Assembly (NCBI GenBank): GCA_963753275.1
Contig: CAVWCE010000026.1
Location: forward strand, 971 to 64,970
DNA length: 64,000 bases
Direction: 5' to 3'
DNA from: an uncultured Alphaproteobacteria bacterium
GTDB lineage: Bacteria; Pseudomonadota; Alphaproteobacteria; Geminicoccales; Geminicoccaceae
The translations under genes were made by a program, and so were the position numbers. The first letter of the stretch is position 1. Each line of letters opens with the position of its first letter. Of this stretch, positions 21,418 through 30,985 are shown in pieces. The notes beneath the pieces were generated by a model. That model was not told where the DNA came from. It made no database searches and was given only the letters and a program-made list of their open reading frames with translations.

Positions 21418-22341
21418 ATGGACATCTACCTGCCGATCGCCGAGTTGTCGGTCAACCTGTTCCTGTTGCTCGGCATCGGCGGCGTCGTCGGGTTCCTGTC
21501 GGGCGTGTTCGGCGTCGGCGGCGGCTTCCTGATGACGCCCTTGCTGATGTTCATCGGCATTCCGCCGGCGGTCGCGGTCGGCACCCAGGCGAGTCAGATC
21601 CTGGCGTCGTCCTTGTCCGGCGTCATGGCCCAGATGCGGCGCGGCAACGTCGACTTCCGCATGGGCATGGTGCTGGTGGCGGGCGGCCTCGTAGGCGCCC
21701 TGCTCGGGGTCTGGCTGTTCGGGCTGCTGCGCCGGCTCGGCCACATCGACCTCGCGATCTCGCTCGCCTACGTCCTGTTCCTGGGCACGGTCGGCATCCT
21801 CATGCTGATCGAGTTGGCGGCGGCCTGGTTCAAGGTCCGGCGGCGCGGCGGGGCCGGCTTCACCAAGCGGCACCGGCATCTCTGGCTCCATGGGCTGCCG
21901 CTCAAGATGCGCTTCCACCGCTCGCGGCTCTACATCAGCGCCCTGATGCCGCTCGGCCTCGGCGTCATCGCCGGCATCCTGGTCGCGATCATGGGCGTGG
22001 GCGGCGGCTTCCTCATGGTGCCCGCGATGATCTACCTGATCGGCATGCCGACCCAGGTCGTGGTCGGCACCTCGTTGCTGCAGATCACCTTCGTCACCGC
22101 GGTGACGACGTTCCTCCACGCGCTCAACAACCAGACCGTGGACGTGATCCTCGCGCTGGCTCTGATCGTCGGCGGCGTGCTCGGCGCCCAGCTCGGCTCG
22201 AACGCGGGCGCCCGGCTGCGCGGCGACCAGCTGCGCATCCTGCTCGCCCTGCTGGTCCTCGCGGTGGGCGTCAAGCTCGGCCGCGACCTGATCACCACGC
22301 CGCAGGACATCTACTCGCTGGGCGCGGTGGGACAGTTCTGA
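21418..22341 (+). CDS. TauE/SafE (DUF81) family anion exporter
   Basis: Intact 307 aa. GIGGVVGFLSGVFGVGGGFLMTPLLMF and a second repeat GILVAIMGVGGGFLMVPAMIY. Confidence 0.9.
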   Translation: MDIYLPIAELSVNLFLLLGIGGVVGFLSGVFGVGGGFLMTPLLMFIGIPPAVAVGTQASQILASSLSGVMAQMRRGNVDFRMGMVLVAGGLVGALLGVWLFGLLRRLGHIDLAISLAYVLFLGTVGILMLIELAAAWFKVRRRGGAGFTKRHRHLWLHGLPLKMRFHRSRLYISALMPLGLGVIAGILVAIMGVGGGFLMVPAMIYLIGMPTQVVVGTSLLQITFVTAVTTFLHALNNQTVDVILALALIVGGVLGAQLGSNAGARLRGDQLRILLALLVLAVGVKLGRDLITTPQDIYSLGAVGQF

Positions 22342-23108
22342 TGCGGGCGCAGCGGCACGGCCTCGCAACGCTGACGGTCCTCGCGGTCCTGCTGAGCGCG
22401 CTGCGGGCCGACAGCGACGCGCGCGCCAACGGCCTGGTCGCCGATCTCTCGCAGCATCTGATCGCGATTACCACGGCCTTCGTCGGGACCAACGTGGTGC
22501 TGTTCGGCACCAGCGACGGGGAAGGCGACATCGTGGTCACGGTGCACGGTCCGCGCCAGGACCAGATGGTGCGCCGCAAGGCCGAGGTCGCCGGCATCTG
22601 GGTCAACCGGACCCGCCTCGCCTTCACCCAGGTGCCGGGCTACTACGCGGTGGCCGCCTCCGGTCCGCTGGACGAGGTCGCCAAACCCGACGTGCTGGCG
22701 CGCCACGAGCTCGGCGTCGAGCATCTCGAGCTCACGCCGATCGACGCCGCCGGACTCGAGATCAGCGAGATTACGGCCTTCCACGACGCGTTGATCCGCA
22801 ACAAGCAGCGCCAGAACCTTTACAGCAGCACGCCGGTGCCGGTGAACTTCATCGGCGAGCACCTGTTCCGGACCACGCTCTACTTCCCCGCCAACGTGCC
22901 GCCCGGCATCTATCGGGTGCAGGTGTTCGAGCTGACCGACGGCGAGATCACCGGCGCCCAGCGCAGCACGCTGGTGATCAGCAAGATCGGCATCGAAGCC
23001 GACCTGTTCGACTTCGCGCAGCAGCAGTCGGCTCTTTACGGCTTGATGGCGATCGCGTTGTCCCTGACCCTGGGCTGGCTGGCCGGGGTGATCTTTCGAA
23101 GGGGGTGA
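22341..23108 (+). CDS. TIGR02186-like alphaproteobacterial putative membrane protein
   Basis: Start overlaps the TauE stop (TGATG). Signal peptide, LVADLSQHLIAITTAFVGTNVVLFG, and a C-terminal transmembrane helix. Family assignment is from memory. Confidence 0.7.
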   Translation: MRAQRHGLATLTVLAVLLSALRADSDARANGLVADLSQHLIAITTAFVGTNVVLFGTSDGEGDIVVTVHGPRQDQMVRRKAEVAGIWVNRTRLAFTQVPGYYAVAASGPLDEVAKPDVLARHELGVEHLELTPIDAAGLEISEITAFHDALIRNKQRQNLYSSTPVPVNFIGEHLFRTTLYFPANVPPGIYRVQVFELTDGEITGAQRSTLVISKIGIEADLFDFAQQQSALYGLMAIALSLTLGWLAGVIFRRG

Positions 23109-23111
23109 GCC

Positions 23112-23633
23112 ATGGCTGACGACAACCCAGCGCACTCGTCCGAGACGGTCGAGCCGGCAGCACCGGCGCAGAAGGAGCGCGTCTTCCTGGTGGTGGTCGA
23201 CGAAAGCGAGGAGATGCAGAATGCGCTCCGCTTCGCCTGCCGCCGCGCCCGCAACACCCAGGGCCGGGTCGCCCTGCTCTACGTGATCGAGCCGGCGGAG
23301 TTCCAGCACTGGCTCGGGGTCGAGCGGGTGATGCAGGACGAGGCGCGGCAACAGGCCGAGCAGACCCTGCAGACGCTCGCCGCGAAGGTCCAGGCCGAGA
23401 CCGGCAAGCTGCCGATCCTGCACGTCCGCGAGGGCCGGCGGCGCGACGAGCTGCTGGCGATGGTCGAGGACGATCCGAGCATCTCGCTCCTGGTGCTCGG
23501 CACCGCGACCGGCCGGGAGGGGCCGGGGCCGCTGGTCACCTATCTGGTAGGCCAGATGGGTGGCCAGATGCGCGTGCCGGTGACCCTGGTCCCGGGGCAC
23601 CTGACGCCGGAAGAGATCGACGAGGTGACGTGA
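23112..23633 (+). CDS. Universal stress protein (UspA family)
   Basis: Lies 3 nt after the upstream stop. RVFLVVVDESEEMQNALRFA .. LLVLGTATGREGPGPLVTYLVGQ .. VPVTLVP. Confidence 0.85.
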   Translation: MADDNPAHSSETVEPAAPAQKERVFLVVVDESEEMQNALRFACRRARNTQGRVALLYVIEPAEFQHWLGVERVMQDEARQQAEQTLQTLAAKVQAETGKLPILHVREGRRRDELLAMVEDDPSISLLVLGTATGREGPGPLVTYLVGQMGGQMRVPVTLVPGHLTPEEIDEVT

Positions 23634-23860
23634 GCCGGGCAGCGGCGAGCATGCCCGCAGGCTTGGAAGTCCATGACCGTTCGGCATTGGACAACCGCCC
23701 GCGTTCCGGCATGTGCTGTCCCGGAACGAGCGGCGGCCGCGACCAATCCCGAAGCTACACGAGTACGTCAGGTAATTGACTGCGCGTCCGAAAGCGCTAA
23801 ATTCTGGCACCAATAGGAGCGCTCCGGCGTCGAGCAACGGCACCGCCATGGAGAACTACG

Positions 23861-24511
23861 ATGCGTCGCGCGCCTCTGCGGCTTGACCGCCGTCGGCTGC
23901 TCGCCTTGGCCTTCGCGGCGGCTGCGATGCCGCTGGGCTACAATGCCGCCTTGGCCGGTACGCCGGCGGCGCGCGCCGAAGCGGTGGTCGGCGAGCTGGC
24001 CGGCGAGGTCTGGGGGTTGTTGCGGAGCGGCGATCTCGACCCGCGCACGCGGCTCGACCGGCTGACCGGGCTGCTGCAGTCCAAGACCGACGTCGCACTG
24101 CTCAGCCGCCTGGTTCTGGGCCAGCACTGGCAACGCCTGACCGAGGCCCAGCAGGCGCGCTACCGGGAGTTGTTCGGGCAGGTCGTGCTCCGCAATCTGG
24201 CCAAGCGCCTGGATCAGTATGCCAGCGGCGCCACGGGTGCGCTCGACCAGCACTTTCGCATGACCGGCAGCCAGGCGGTCGGCAAGCAGGACGTCCTGGT
24301 CCGCAGCACGGTGACCACTCCGGCCGGCGACACCGTGGGCGTCGACTGGCGCCTGCGCAACGCCGCGGAGGGGCCGGTGATCATCGACCTGATCATCGAG
24401 GGCATCAGCCTGCTGGTCTCGCAGCGCTCCGAGTTCGCGGCGGTGATCGAGCGCAGCGACATGGAGGGCCTGCTGACGGAGCTCCAGGCGCGCGCGACCT
24501 CCGAATCCTGA
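23861..24511 (+). CDS. MlaC/Ttg2D-family phospholipid-binding periplasmic protein
   Basis: Tat/signal leader, then DVALLSRLVLGQHWQRLTEAQQARYRELF..VDWRL..GPVIIDLIIEGISLLVSQRSEF. Confidence 0.8.
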   Translation: MRRAPLRLDRRRLLALAFAAAAMPLGYNAALAGTPAARAEAVVGELAGEVWGLLRSGDLDPRTRLDRLTGLLQSKTDVALLSRLVLGQHWQRLTEAQQARYRELFGQVVLRNLAKRLDQYASGATGALDQHFRMTGSQAVGKQDVLVRSTVTTPAGDTVGVDWRLRNAAEGPVIIDLIIEGISLLVSQRSEFAAVIERSDMEGLLTELQARATSES

Positions 24512-24535
24512 CCCGCGCGACGTCGGGCGCGCGCT

Positions 24536-24982
24536 CTACAGCTTCAGCACCGATCCGAGGTGCTTGGGCAGGTCGCGCAGCGGAACCCTGGTCAGATCCT
24601 TGTCGATCTCGGCCACCACCCTGCTCTTGACCGGATCCGGCAGGAGCTCGCGCAGGTCGCCCAGCGTCTTGGGCGCTGCGACCAGCACCAGCCGCTCGAA
24701 ACGATGGGCGTGGACGGCCTCCTCGAGCCGCTCGGCGAGCTCGCGCGCGAACTCGTACTTGGCGTAGCGCTGCGGATCGGTCGGCGGCTCCATCGCATGG
24801 CGTCCGTGACCGCCGCTGTCGAAGGTCCGACCCGGCCGGTCGCTTCCGATCTCCTTGCTCTGCGCCCGGCTGCCGGTGAGCTCCTCCTGCTCGAATGCCG
24901 GCTTGAGCGGCTCGAACGCCTTCTCCTGCGCCAGCACGCGCGCCTTGGCGCCATCGGCAATCAAGACCCAGGTGGTCGGCAT
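24536..24982 (-). CDS. Host attachment protein family (PF10116-like)
   Basis: MPTTWVLIADGAKARVL..GRHAMEPPTDPQRYAKYEFARELAERLEEA..LVLVAAPKTLGDLR, from the internal ATG of ORF 24536-25135. Confidence 0.8.
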   Translation of the reverse strand: MPTTWVLIADGAKARVLAQEKAFEPLKPAFEQEELTGSRAQSKEIGSDRPGRTFDSGGHGRHAMEPPTDPQRYAKYEFARELAERLEEAVHAHRFERLVLVAAPKTLGDLRELLPDPVKSRVVAEIDKDLTRVPLRDLPKHLGSVLKL

Positions 24983-25056
24983 GGGGGCTCCTCTCCGCAA
25001 GCGTGGCGTCCCTCCGACAATAGGCCGCCGGCGCGGATTGTTCCATGCCGACGGCG

Positions 25057-25081
25057 GGATCGCCCGGCCACGGCCGTCGTT
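25057..25081 (+). promoter_or_regulatory. Candidate EcfG-type (general stress response) promoter upstream of the first HPF-CSD gene
   Basis: GGATC-N16-CGTT compared with the alphaproteobacterial EcfG consensus GGAAC-N16/17-CGTT (one mismatch), 66 nt upstream of the ATG at 25147. Confidence 0.25.
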
Positions 25082-25146
25082 AGTGATGAGACGACCCGCT
25101 CGCCGCGCCACGGTCCAAGGGGCGGACGCCAGCAAAGGAGACCGGG

Positions 25147-25719
25147 ATGCAGGAACCTCTTCAGATCGCGTTCCACAACATGGACAGCTCCCCTGCCCTC
25201 GAGCAGCGCGTGCGCGAGCTGTTCGACAAGGTCGAGCGCTACTACGACGGCATCGTCAGCGCCCGGATCGTGATCGAGGCGCCCCACAAGCAGGCGCACA
25301 AGAGCACGCTCGGCATCAGCATCAGCATCGGCGTGCCGGGGCGCGACATCGTGGTGAAACGCGAGCAGCGCGTCCACGAGTTCGACAATCACAACATCTG
25401 GGTGCTCACCGAGGCCTTCGAGGCGGCTGGACGCCAGCTCGAGGAGTACTCCCGGATCCGCCGGCACGACGTCAAGACCCACGAGACCGACCAGCGCTAC
25501 TCCCGGGTCGTGCGCCTTTATCCCGAGCAGGACTACGGCTTCATCGAGACGCCCGAGGGTCAGAACGTGTACTTCGCCCGCGCGGTCGTCCGCGACGGCA
25601 AGTACGACGCGCTCGAGGTCGGGAGCGAGGTGTTCTACACGCTCGCCGACGAGGAAGGTCCGATGGGGCCGATGGCGAGCAACGTCCAGCTGATCGGCGG
25701 CAATCACCCGATCCGCTGA
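25147..25719 (+). CDS. HPF/RaiA (ribosomal S30AE) domain fused to a C-terminal cold-shock-like domain, copy 1
   Basis: N-terminal MQEPLQIAFHNMDSSPALEQRVRELFDKVERYY..VIEAPHK (HPF/RaiA pattern). C-terminal YGFIETPEGQNVYFARAVV..VGSEVFYTLADEEGPMGPMASNV (CSD pattern). Confidence 0.8.
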   Translation: MQEPLQIAFHNMDSSPALEQRVRELFDKVERYYDGIVSARIVIEAPHKQAHKSTLGISISIGVPGRDIVVKREQRVHEFDNHNIWVLTEAFEAAGRQLEEYSRIRRHDVKTHETDQRYSRVVRLYPEQDYGFIETPEGQNVYFARAVVRDGKYDALEVGSEVFYTLADEEGPMGPMASNVQLIGGNHPIR

Positions 25720-25849
25720 TCGCACGACCTCCGCTGCGGTTTCAGGGTCGCTTGGAGCTGCCCTGCAATCGATCGACTATCCCGGTTCCGCGTGGTTGAA
25801 TGTCGGGGCAACCGCTCGGGGCACGAGACACCTTGCCGGGAGGTCGAGC

Positions 25850-26419
25850 ATGCAGGTGCCGTTGCAGATCAGGTTCCACAACATGGCGAGTTCGGAGGCG
25901 CTCGAGGCCCGGGTGCGGGAGCGTGCGGTGCGGCTCGAGCGCTTCTTCGAGGCGATCATCTCCTGCCGGGTGACGATCGAGGCGCCCCACAAGCAGCCGC
26001 ACAAGAGCACGCTCGGCATCACCATCGACATCGGGGTCGCCGGCCGGGAGATCGTGGTCAAGCGCGAGCTGCGCCACCACGAGTTGCGCGATGACGCCTA
26101 TCAGGCGATCGGGGTCGCCTTCGATGCGGCCGAGCGCCAGCTCGAGCAGCACGCCCGCATGCTGCGCCGCGAGGTCAAGACCCACGACGGCCCGATCTAC
26201 GCCCGCGTGGTCAGGCTCTATCCCGAGCAGAACTACGGCTTCATCGAGACCCCCGGCGGGCCCAACGTGTATTTCCACCGCGCCGTATTCGAGAATGGCG
26301 CCTTCGACCAGTGCGAGGTCGGCAGCGAGGTGATGTACTCGCTCGCCGAGGACGAAGGCCCGATGGGGCCGCAGGCGAGCCGGGTGCGTCTCGTGCGCGG
26401 GGCGCACCCGGTACGCTGA
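25850..26419 (+). CDS. HPF/RaiA-cold-shock-domain fusion, copy 2 (tandem paralog)
   Basis: MQVPLQIRFHNMASSEALEARVRE..TIEAPHKQPHKSTLGI..YGFIETPGGPNVYFHRAVF..VGSEVMYSLAEDEGPMGPQASRV. About 55-60% identical to copy 1 by eye. Confidence 0.8.
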   Translation: MQVPLQIRFHNMASSEALEARVRERAVRLERFFEAIISCRVTIEAPHKQPHKSTLGITIDIGVAGREIVVKRELRHHELRDDAYQAIGVAFDAAERQLEQHARMLRREVKTHDGPIYARVVRLYPEQNYGFIETPGGPNVYFHRAVFENGAFDQCEVGSEVMYSLAEDEGPMGPQASRVRLVRGAHPVR

Positions 26420-26542
26420 CGCCCTCGCGCCGGACCGCTTCTTACCGTCACCATACTGTCGTATCATTGCCGTAGCGGAGCCCGGACGTAGCGGTTCACG
26501 TCGGACGGCTCCGACGACAGCGCTCAAACGGGAGGTCAAGCA

Positions 26543-27584
26543 ATGCATGACGGATTGATGCGGGCGACCGCAGTCCATCTGGCCGCGGCGATCGCGGTCG
26601 CCTGGTCCGGATCGGCGCCGGCCACCGCCGAGGAACTGACCGTCTACACGGCGGTCGAGGCGGACGACCTGCAAGAAATACGCCGAACGGTTCAACCAGG
26701 ATCATCCCGACATCGAGCTCAAGTGGGTCCGGGACTTCGACCGGGATCGTCACCGCGAAGCTCCTGGCCGAGAAGAACAACCCGCAGGCCGACGTGGTCT
26801 GGGGCCTGGCGGCGACCTCGCTGATGCTGCTCAAGAACGAAGGCATGCTCGAGCCCTATGCGCCCAACGGGATCCTGGAAGCTCGATCCGAGGTTCCGCG
26901 ACACCGCCGAGCCGCCCGCCTGGGTCGGCATGGACGCCTGGGCGGCGGTGATCTGCTTCAATACGGTCGAAGCCGAACGGCTCGGCCTGCCCAAGCCGTC
27001 GTCGTGGCAGGACCTCGTGGATCCGGTCTACAAAGGCCACATCGTCATGCCCAACCCGGACTCCTCGGGCACCGGCTATCTCGACGTGTCGAGCTGGCTC
27101 CAGCTGTTCGGCGAAGAGGAAGGGCTGGCAGTACATGGACGCGCTGCACGAGAACGTCGGCAGCTACACCCACTCCGGCTCCAAGCCGTGCCGCCAGGCG
27201 GCGGCCGGCGAGGCGGCGATCGGGATCTCGTTCGAGTTCCGCGCCGCGCGGCTCAAGGAAGAGGGCGCGCCGATCGACATCATCGTGCCCGAGGAAGGCG
27301 TCGGCTGGGACATGGAGGCGACCGCGATCGTCAAGGGCACGGACAAGCTCGACGCCGTCAAGACGCTGGTCGACTGGTCGGTCAGCGAGAATGCCAACCG
27401 GCTGTACAGCGAGGGCTATGCGGTGGTCGCGATCCCGGGGCTCGCCCAGAAGCTCGAGCACATGCCCGAGAACCTCGAGGAGAAGATGATCGAGAACGAC
27501 TTCGACTGGGCGGCCTAGAATTGCGAGCGCATCCTGGCCGAATGGCAGAAGCGTTACGACTCCAAGTCCGAGCCGAAGAGCTGA
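26543..27584 (+). pseudogene. ABC transporter substrate-binding protein, putative 2-aminoethylphosphonate type (PhnS2-like; Fe3+-type not excluded); several frame breaks and an in-frame TAG
   Basis: Text is spread over ORFs 26543-, 26794-, 26858- and 27135-27518: [88 protein letters not shown]. After the TAG at 27516 the same frame continues NCERILAEWQKRYDSKSEPKS. Confidence 0.7.
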
Positions 27585-27698
27585 CGAACCGCCTTTGACC
27601 GGATCGGCCGGCCGGCTGCCTTCGGGCATCCGGCCGGCCAACCTCGCTGGCTCGGCAGATCCGCTCGGAGAAAGGCTGGCGAGCGGAGCTGGAATCAG

Positions 27699-28812
27699 AT
27701 GCCCCCGATCGAGCGCGCCGCGCGTCCGCCCTATCTGCGCATCGAGAGCCTGAGCAAGCGGTTCGGCGGCTTCACCGCGCTGCGACGACATCTCGCTCGA
27801 GATCTTCGAGCGCGAGTTCGTCTGCTTCCTCGGGCCGTCCGGCTGCGGCAAGACCACGCTCCTGCGCGCCATCGCGGGGCTCGACATCCAGTCGAGCGGC
27901 CGGATCGAGCAGGCCGGGAGGGACATCTCCGCCCTGCCGCCCGCGGAGCGCGACTTCGGCATCGTCTTCCAGTCCTACGCGCTGTTTCCCGAATCTCACG
28001 GTCGCCAGGAACATCGCCTATGGCCTCGAGAGCCGGCGCGCCGGGCGCGCCGAGGTCGACCGGCGGGTCGCGGAGCTGCTGGCGCTGGTCGGCCTCGAGG
28101 ACCAGGGCGACAAGTATCCAGCCCAGCTCTCGGGCGGGCAGCAGCAACGGGTGGCGCTCGCCCGGGCGCTCGCCCCCTCGCCCGGCCTGCTGCTGCTGGA
28201 CGAGCCGCTCTCGGCGCTCGACGCCAAGGTCAGGACGCATCTGCGCCACGAGGTCAGGCAGCTGCAGCGGCGGCTCGGCGTGACCACCGTCATGGTGACC
28301 CACGACCAGGAAGAGGCCTTGACCATGGCCGATCGGATCGTGGTCATGAACCACGGCGTGATCGACCAGGTCGGCACGCCGCTCGAGATCTATCGCGAGC
28401 CGGCGACGCGGTTCGTCGCCGACTTCATCGGCACGATGAACTTCCTGCCCGGCCGGGTCGCGGGTCCGGGCCGGGTCGGCATCGCCGCGATCGAGGTCAG
28501 CCTGCCCGAGCGGCTCGACGGCCTCGGCGCCCGGCACGCCGGTGACGCTCGCGGTGCGGCCCGAGGACCTGCTGGTGCAGGCGGCGCCGTCGCGAGCGGC
28601 CGAACACCTTCCCGGCACGGGTCGAGGGCCTCGAGTTCCTGGGCTCGTTCGTGCGCGCCGATCTGGCCCTCGAAGGCCTGCCCGGGCAGCACTGCTGCGC
28701 CGACTTCTCGATCAACCTGATGCGGCGCGAGGCGATCCAGGAAGGGCAGCAGCTGAACGTCACCTTGCCGGCGGAGCGGCTGCGGGTCTTCGCCGGAGAG
28801 CCTGGTGGCTAG
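27699..28812 (+). pseudogene. ABC transporter ATP-binding protein (PhnT2/PotA-like); about 4 frame breaks
   Basis: [19 protein letters not shown] (Walker A), [16 protein letters not shown] (signature), [12 protein letters not shown] (Walker B), and a TOBE-like tail. One extra base at about 27991 separates ..YALFP from [13 protein letters not shown]. Confidence 0.85.
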
Positions 28813-30502
28813 GGCGGCGCTCGCGGCGCCCGCGATCCGGCCGAAGCTCGGCCGCGACGCGCTGGCGATGCGCCTGCTGCTCGCGCTGGTCGGCGTCTAC
28901 CTGCTCGTCACGCTGGCGTTGCCGCTCTACGCCATGCTCTCGAAGAGCGTGGAGGCGAAGGACGGCAGCTTCATCGGGCTTGCCAACTACGCCCGCTACT
29001 TCGCCACGCCCGCCTTGTCCTACTCGATCTGGAACAGCCTCACCGTGGCGCTGATCACGACGCTGATCACGGTCCCCGTCGCGTTCGTCTTCGCCTATGC
29101 CCTGACCCGCAGCTGCCTGCCGGCCAAGGGCCTGTTCAAGACCATCGCGATGGTGCCGATCCTGGTGCCCTCGCTGCTCCCCGGGATCGCGCTGATCTAC
29201 CTGTTCGGCACCCAGGGCTTGATCAAGGGCGCGATGTTCGGCCACAGCATCTATGGGCCGATCGGCATCGTGATCGCGGAAGTGTTCTTCACCTTTCCGC
29301 ACGCCCTGATCATCGTCCTGACCGCGCTCGCGATCGCCGACGCGCGGCTGTACGAGGCGGCGCTGGCGCTGCGCGCGAGCAAGCCCCGGATCTTCTGGAC
29401 GGTGACCCTGCCCGGCGTGCGCTACGGCCTGATCAGCGCCGCCTTCGTGGTGTTCACCCTCGCCTTCACCGACTTCGGCGCGCCCAAGGTGATCGGCGGC
29501 GGCTACGACGTGCTCGCGACCGACGTCTACAAGCAGGTGATCGGGCAGCAGAACTTCGAGATGGGCGCGGTGGTCAGCGTGGTGCTGCTGATCCCGGCGG
29601 CGCTCGCCTTCGCCGTCGACCGCCTGGTGCAGAAGCGCCAGGTCGCGCTGCTCTCGGCGCGCGCCGTAGCGCTCGAGCCCCAGCCGAACCGGCGCTTCGA
29701 CCTCTGGATGCTGGGCTACGTGCTCCTGGTCAGCCTGTTCATCCTCGGCATCCTCGGCACCTGCCAATACGCCGCGCTCGTCAAGTTCTATCCCTACAAT
29801 CTCGAGCTCGGGCTCAAGAACTACCAGTTCGACCTGATGGACGGCGGCGGCTGGGCGTCCTACTACAACTCGATCGAGATGGCGCTCTGGACCGCGCTGT
29901 TCGGCACCATCGTGGTCTTCACCGGCGCGTATCTGGTCGAGAAGGCGCGCGGCTTCGAGAAGGGCCGCGCGCTGTTCCAGCTGTTCGCCATGCTGCCGAT
30001 GGCGGTGCCGGGCCTGGTGCTCGGGCTGGCCTACATCTTCTTCTTCAACGCGCCGAACAATCCGCTGAACGTGATCTACCACACGATGGCGATCCTGGTG
30101 ATCTCGACCATCACCCATTTCTACACCGTGGCGCATCTCACCGCGCTGACCGCGCTCAAGCAGATGGACCCGGAGTTCGAGGCGGTCGCGGCGTCGCTCA
30201 AGCAGCCGTTCTACAGGACCTTCTGGCGGGTCACGGTGCCGGTCTGCCTGGTGCCGATCCTCGACATCTCGATCTATCTCTTCGTCAACGCCATGACCAC
30301 GGTCTCGGCGGTGGTCTTCCTCTACGGGCCGGATACGACGCTCGCCTCGGTCGCGGTGCTCAACATGGACGACGCCGGCGCGATCGCCCCGGCCGCGGCG
30401 ATGGGCATGATGATCTTCTACACCAACGTCGCCGCGCGCCTGGTCCACGCGCTCGCCACCCGCGGCGTCGTCCAGCGCACCCAACGCTGGCGCGTGCGGT
30501 AG
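28805..30502 (+). CDS. Fused two-domain ABC transporter permease (PhnU2/FbpB-like)
   Basis: Intact 565-aa hydrophobic ORF. GTG start overlaps the ATPase stop. Confidence 0.85.
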   Translation: MARAALAAPAIRPKLGRDALAMRLLLALVGVYLLVTLALPLYAMLSKSVEAKDGSFIGLANYARYFATPALSYSIWNSLTVALITTLITVPVAFVFAYALTRSCLPAKGLFKTIAMVPILVPSLLPGIALIYLFGTQGLIKGAMFGHSIYGPIGIVIAEVFFTFPHALIIVLTALAIADARLYEAALALRASKPRIFWTVTLPGVRYGLISAAFVVFTLAFTDFGAPKVIGGGYDVLATDVYKQVIGQQNFEMGAVVSVVLLIPAALAFAVDRLVQKRQVALLSARAVALEPQPNRRFDLWMLGYVLLVSLFILGILGTCQYAALVKFYPYNLELGLKNYQFDLMDGGGWASYYNSIEMALWTALFGTIVVFTGAYLVEKARGFEKGRALFQLFAMLPMAVPGLVLGLAYIFFFNAPNNPLNVIYHTMAILVISTITHFYTVAHLTALTALKQMDPEFEAVAASLKQPFYRTFWRVTVPVCLVPILDISIYLFVNAMTTVSAVVFLYGPDTTLASVAVLNMDDAGAIAPAAAMGMMIFYTNVAARLVHALATRGVVQRTQRWRVR

Positions 30503-30742
30503 ACCTGGACGGTGCGCTGCGCGACCATGGCCGCCGACGCCTTTCCGGCCACCAGCAGTTATAGTTGCGACCAAGTCATCGCCGGCTGAAAGCCGAACGC
30601 CGATGGTGCGGTCACGGAAGCGGAGAACCGCGGTCCGGACTCTCCATCTCGCGGAAGCCACGAATGGCTAACTGCTGTCATTGACGGCACTTAATGGCGT
30701 GATTAGGTTGTTCTGCCGGAGCCTGGTTCCCGGAGGGTCGAG

Positions 30743-30985
30743 ATGGGCGTGCTGACGGTGCGGAAGGTCGACGATCAGCTGATCCGGGAGCTGAAGCTGC
30801 GGGCGGCTAAGCATGGCCGCTCGGCCGAAGCGGAACACCGCCTGATCCTAGAGCAGGCACTTCGACCGGACCGGCAGGCCCTGGTCAGAGAGCTGCGGCA
30901 GCACCGGCGCTCGCTCGAAGGACGCGACTTCGCTGACATGACCGAGATCATCCGCCGCTCGCGGGATTCGGGGTGGGAGGAATGA
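30743..30985 (+). CDS. Ribbon-helix-helix antitoxin (FitA/VapB-like)
   Basis: MGVLTVRKVDDQLIRELKLRAAKHGRSAEAEHRLILEQAL. Overlaps the downstream PIN gene. Local GC is lower than the flanks. Confidence 0.75.
   Translation: MGVLTVRKVDDQLIRELKLRAAKHGRSAEAEHRLILEQALRPDRQALVRELRQHRRSLEGRDFADMTEIIRRSRDSGWEE

Noticed and set aside
23805-23820. Sigma-54-like TGGCAC upstream of the MlaC-like gene
   Set aside because: The -12 element is wrong: TGGCAC-N5-GGAGC instead of TGGCAC-N5-TTGC. The GC is displaced by one position, and no enhancer-binding protein gene is nearby.
28760-30661. 633-aa minus-strand ORF opposite the ABC permease. Similar long antisense ORFs include 7592-9487, 14533-16011, 19192-21090, 21358-22368, 22311-23849 and 35480-36958.
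   Set aside because: These are shadow ORFs expected at this GC content. They have Arg/Asp/Gly/His-rich composition and no motifs, and each one fully overlaps a gene with strong family signatures on the other strand.
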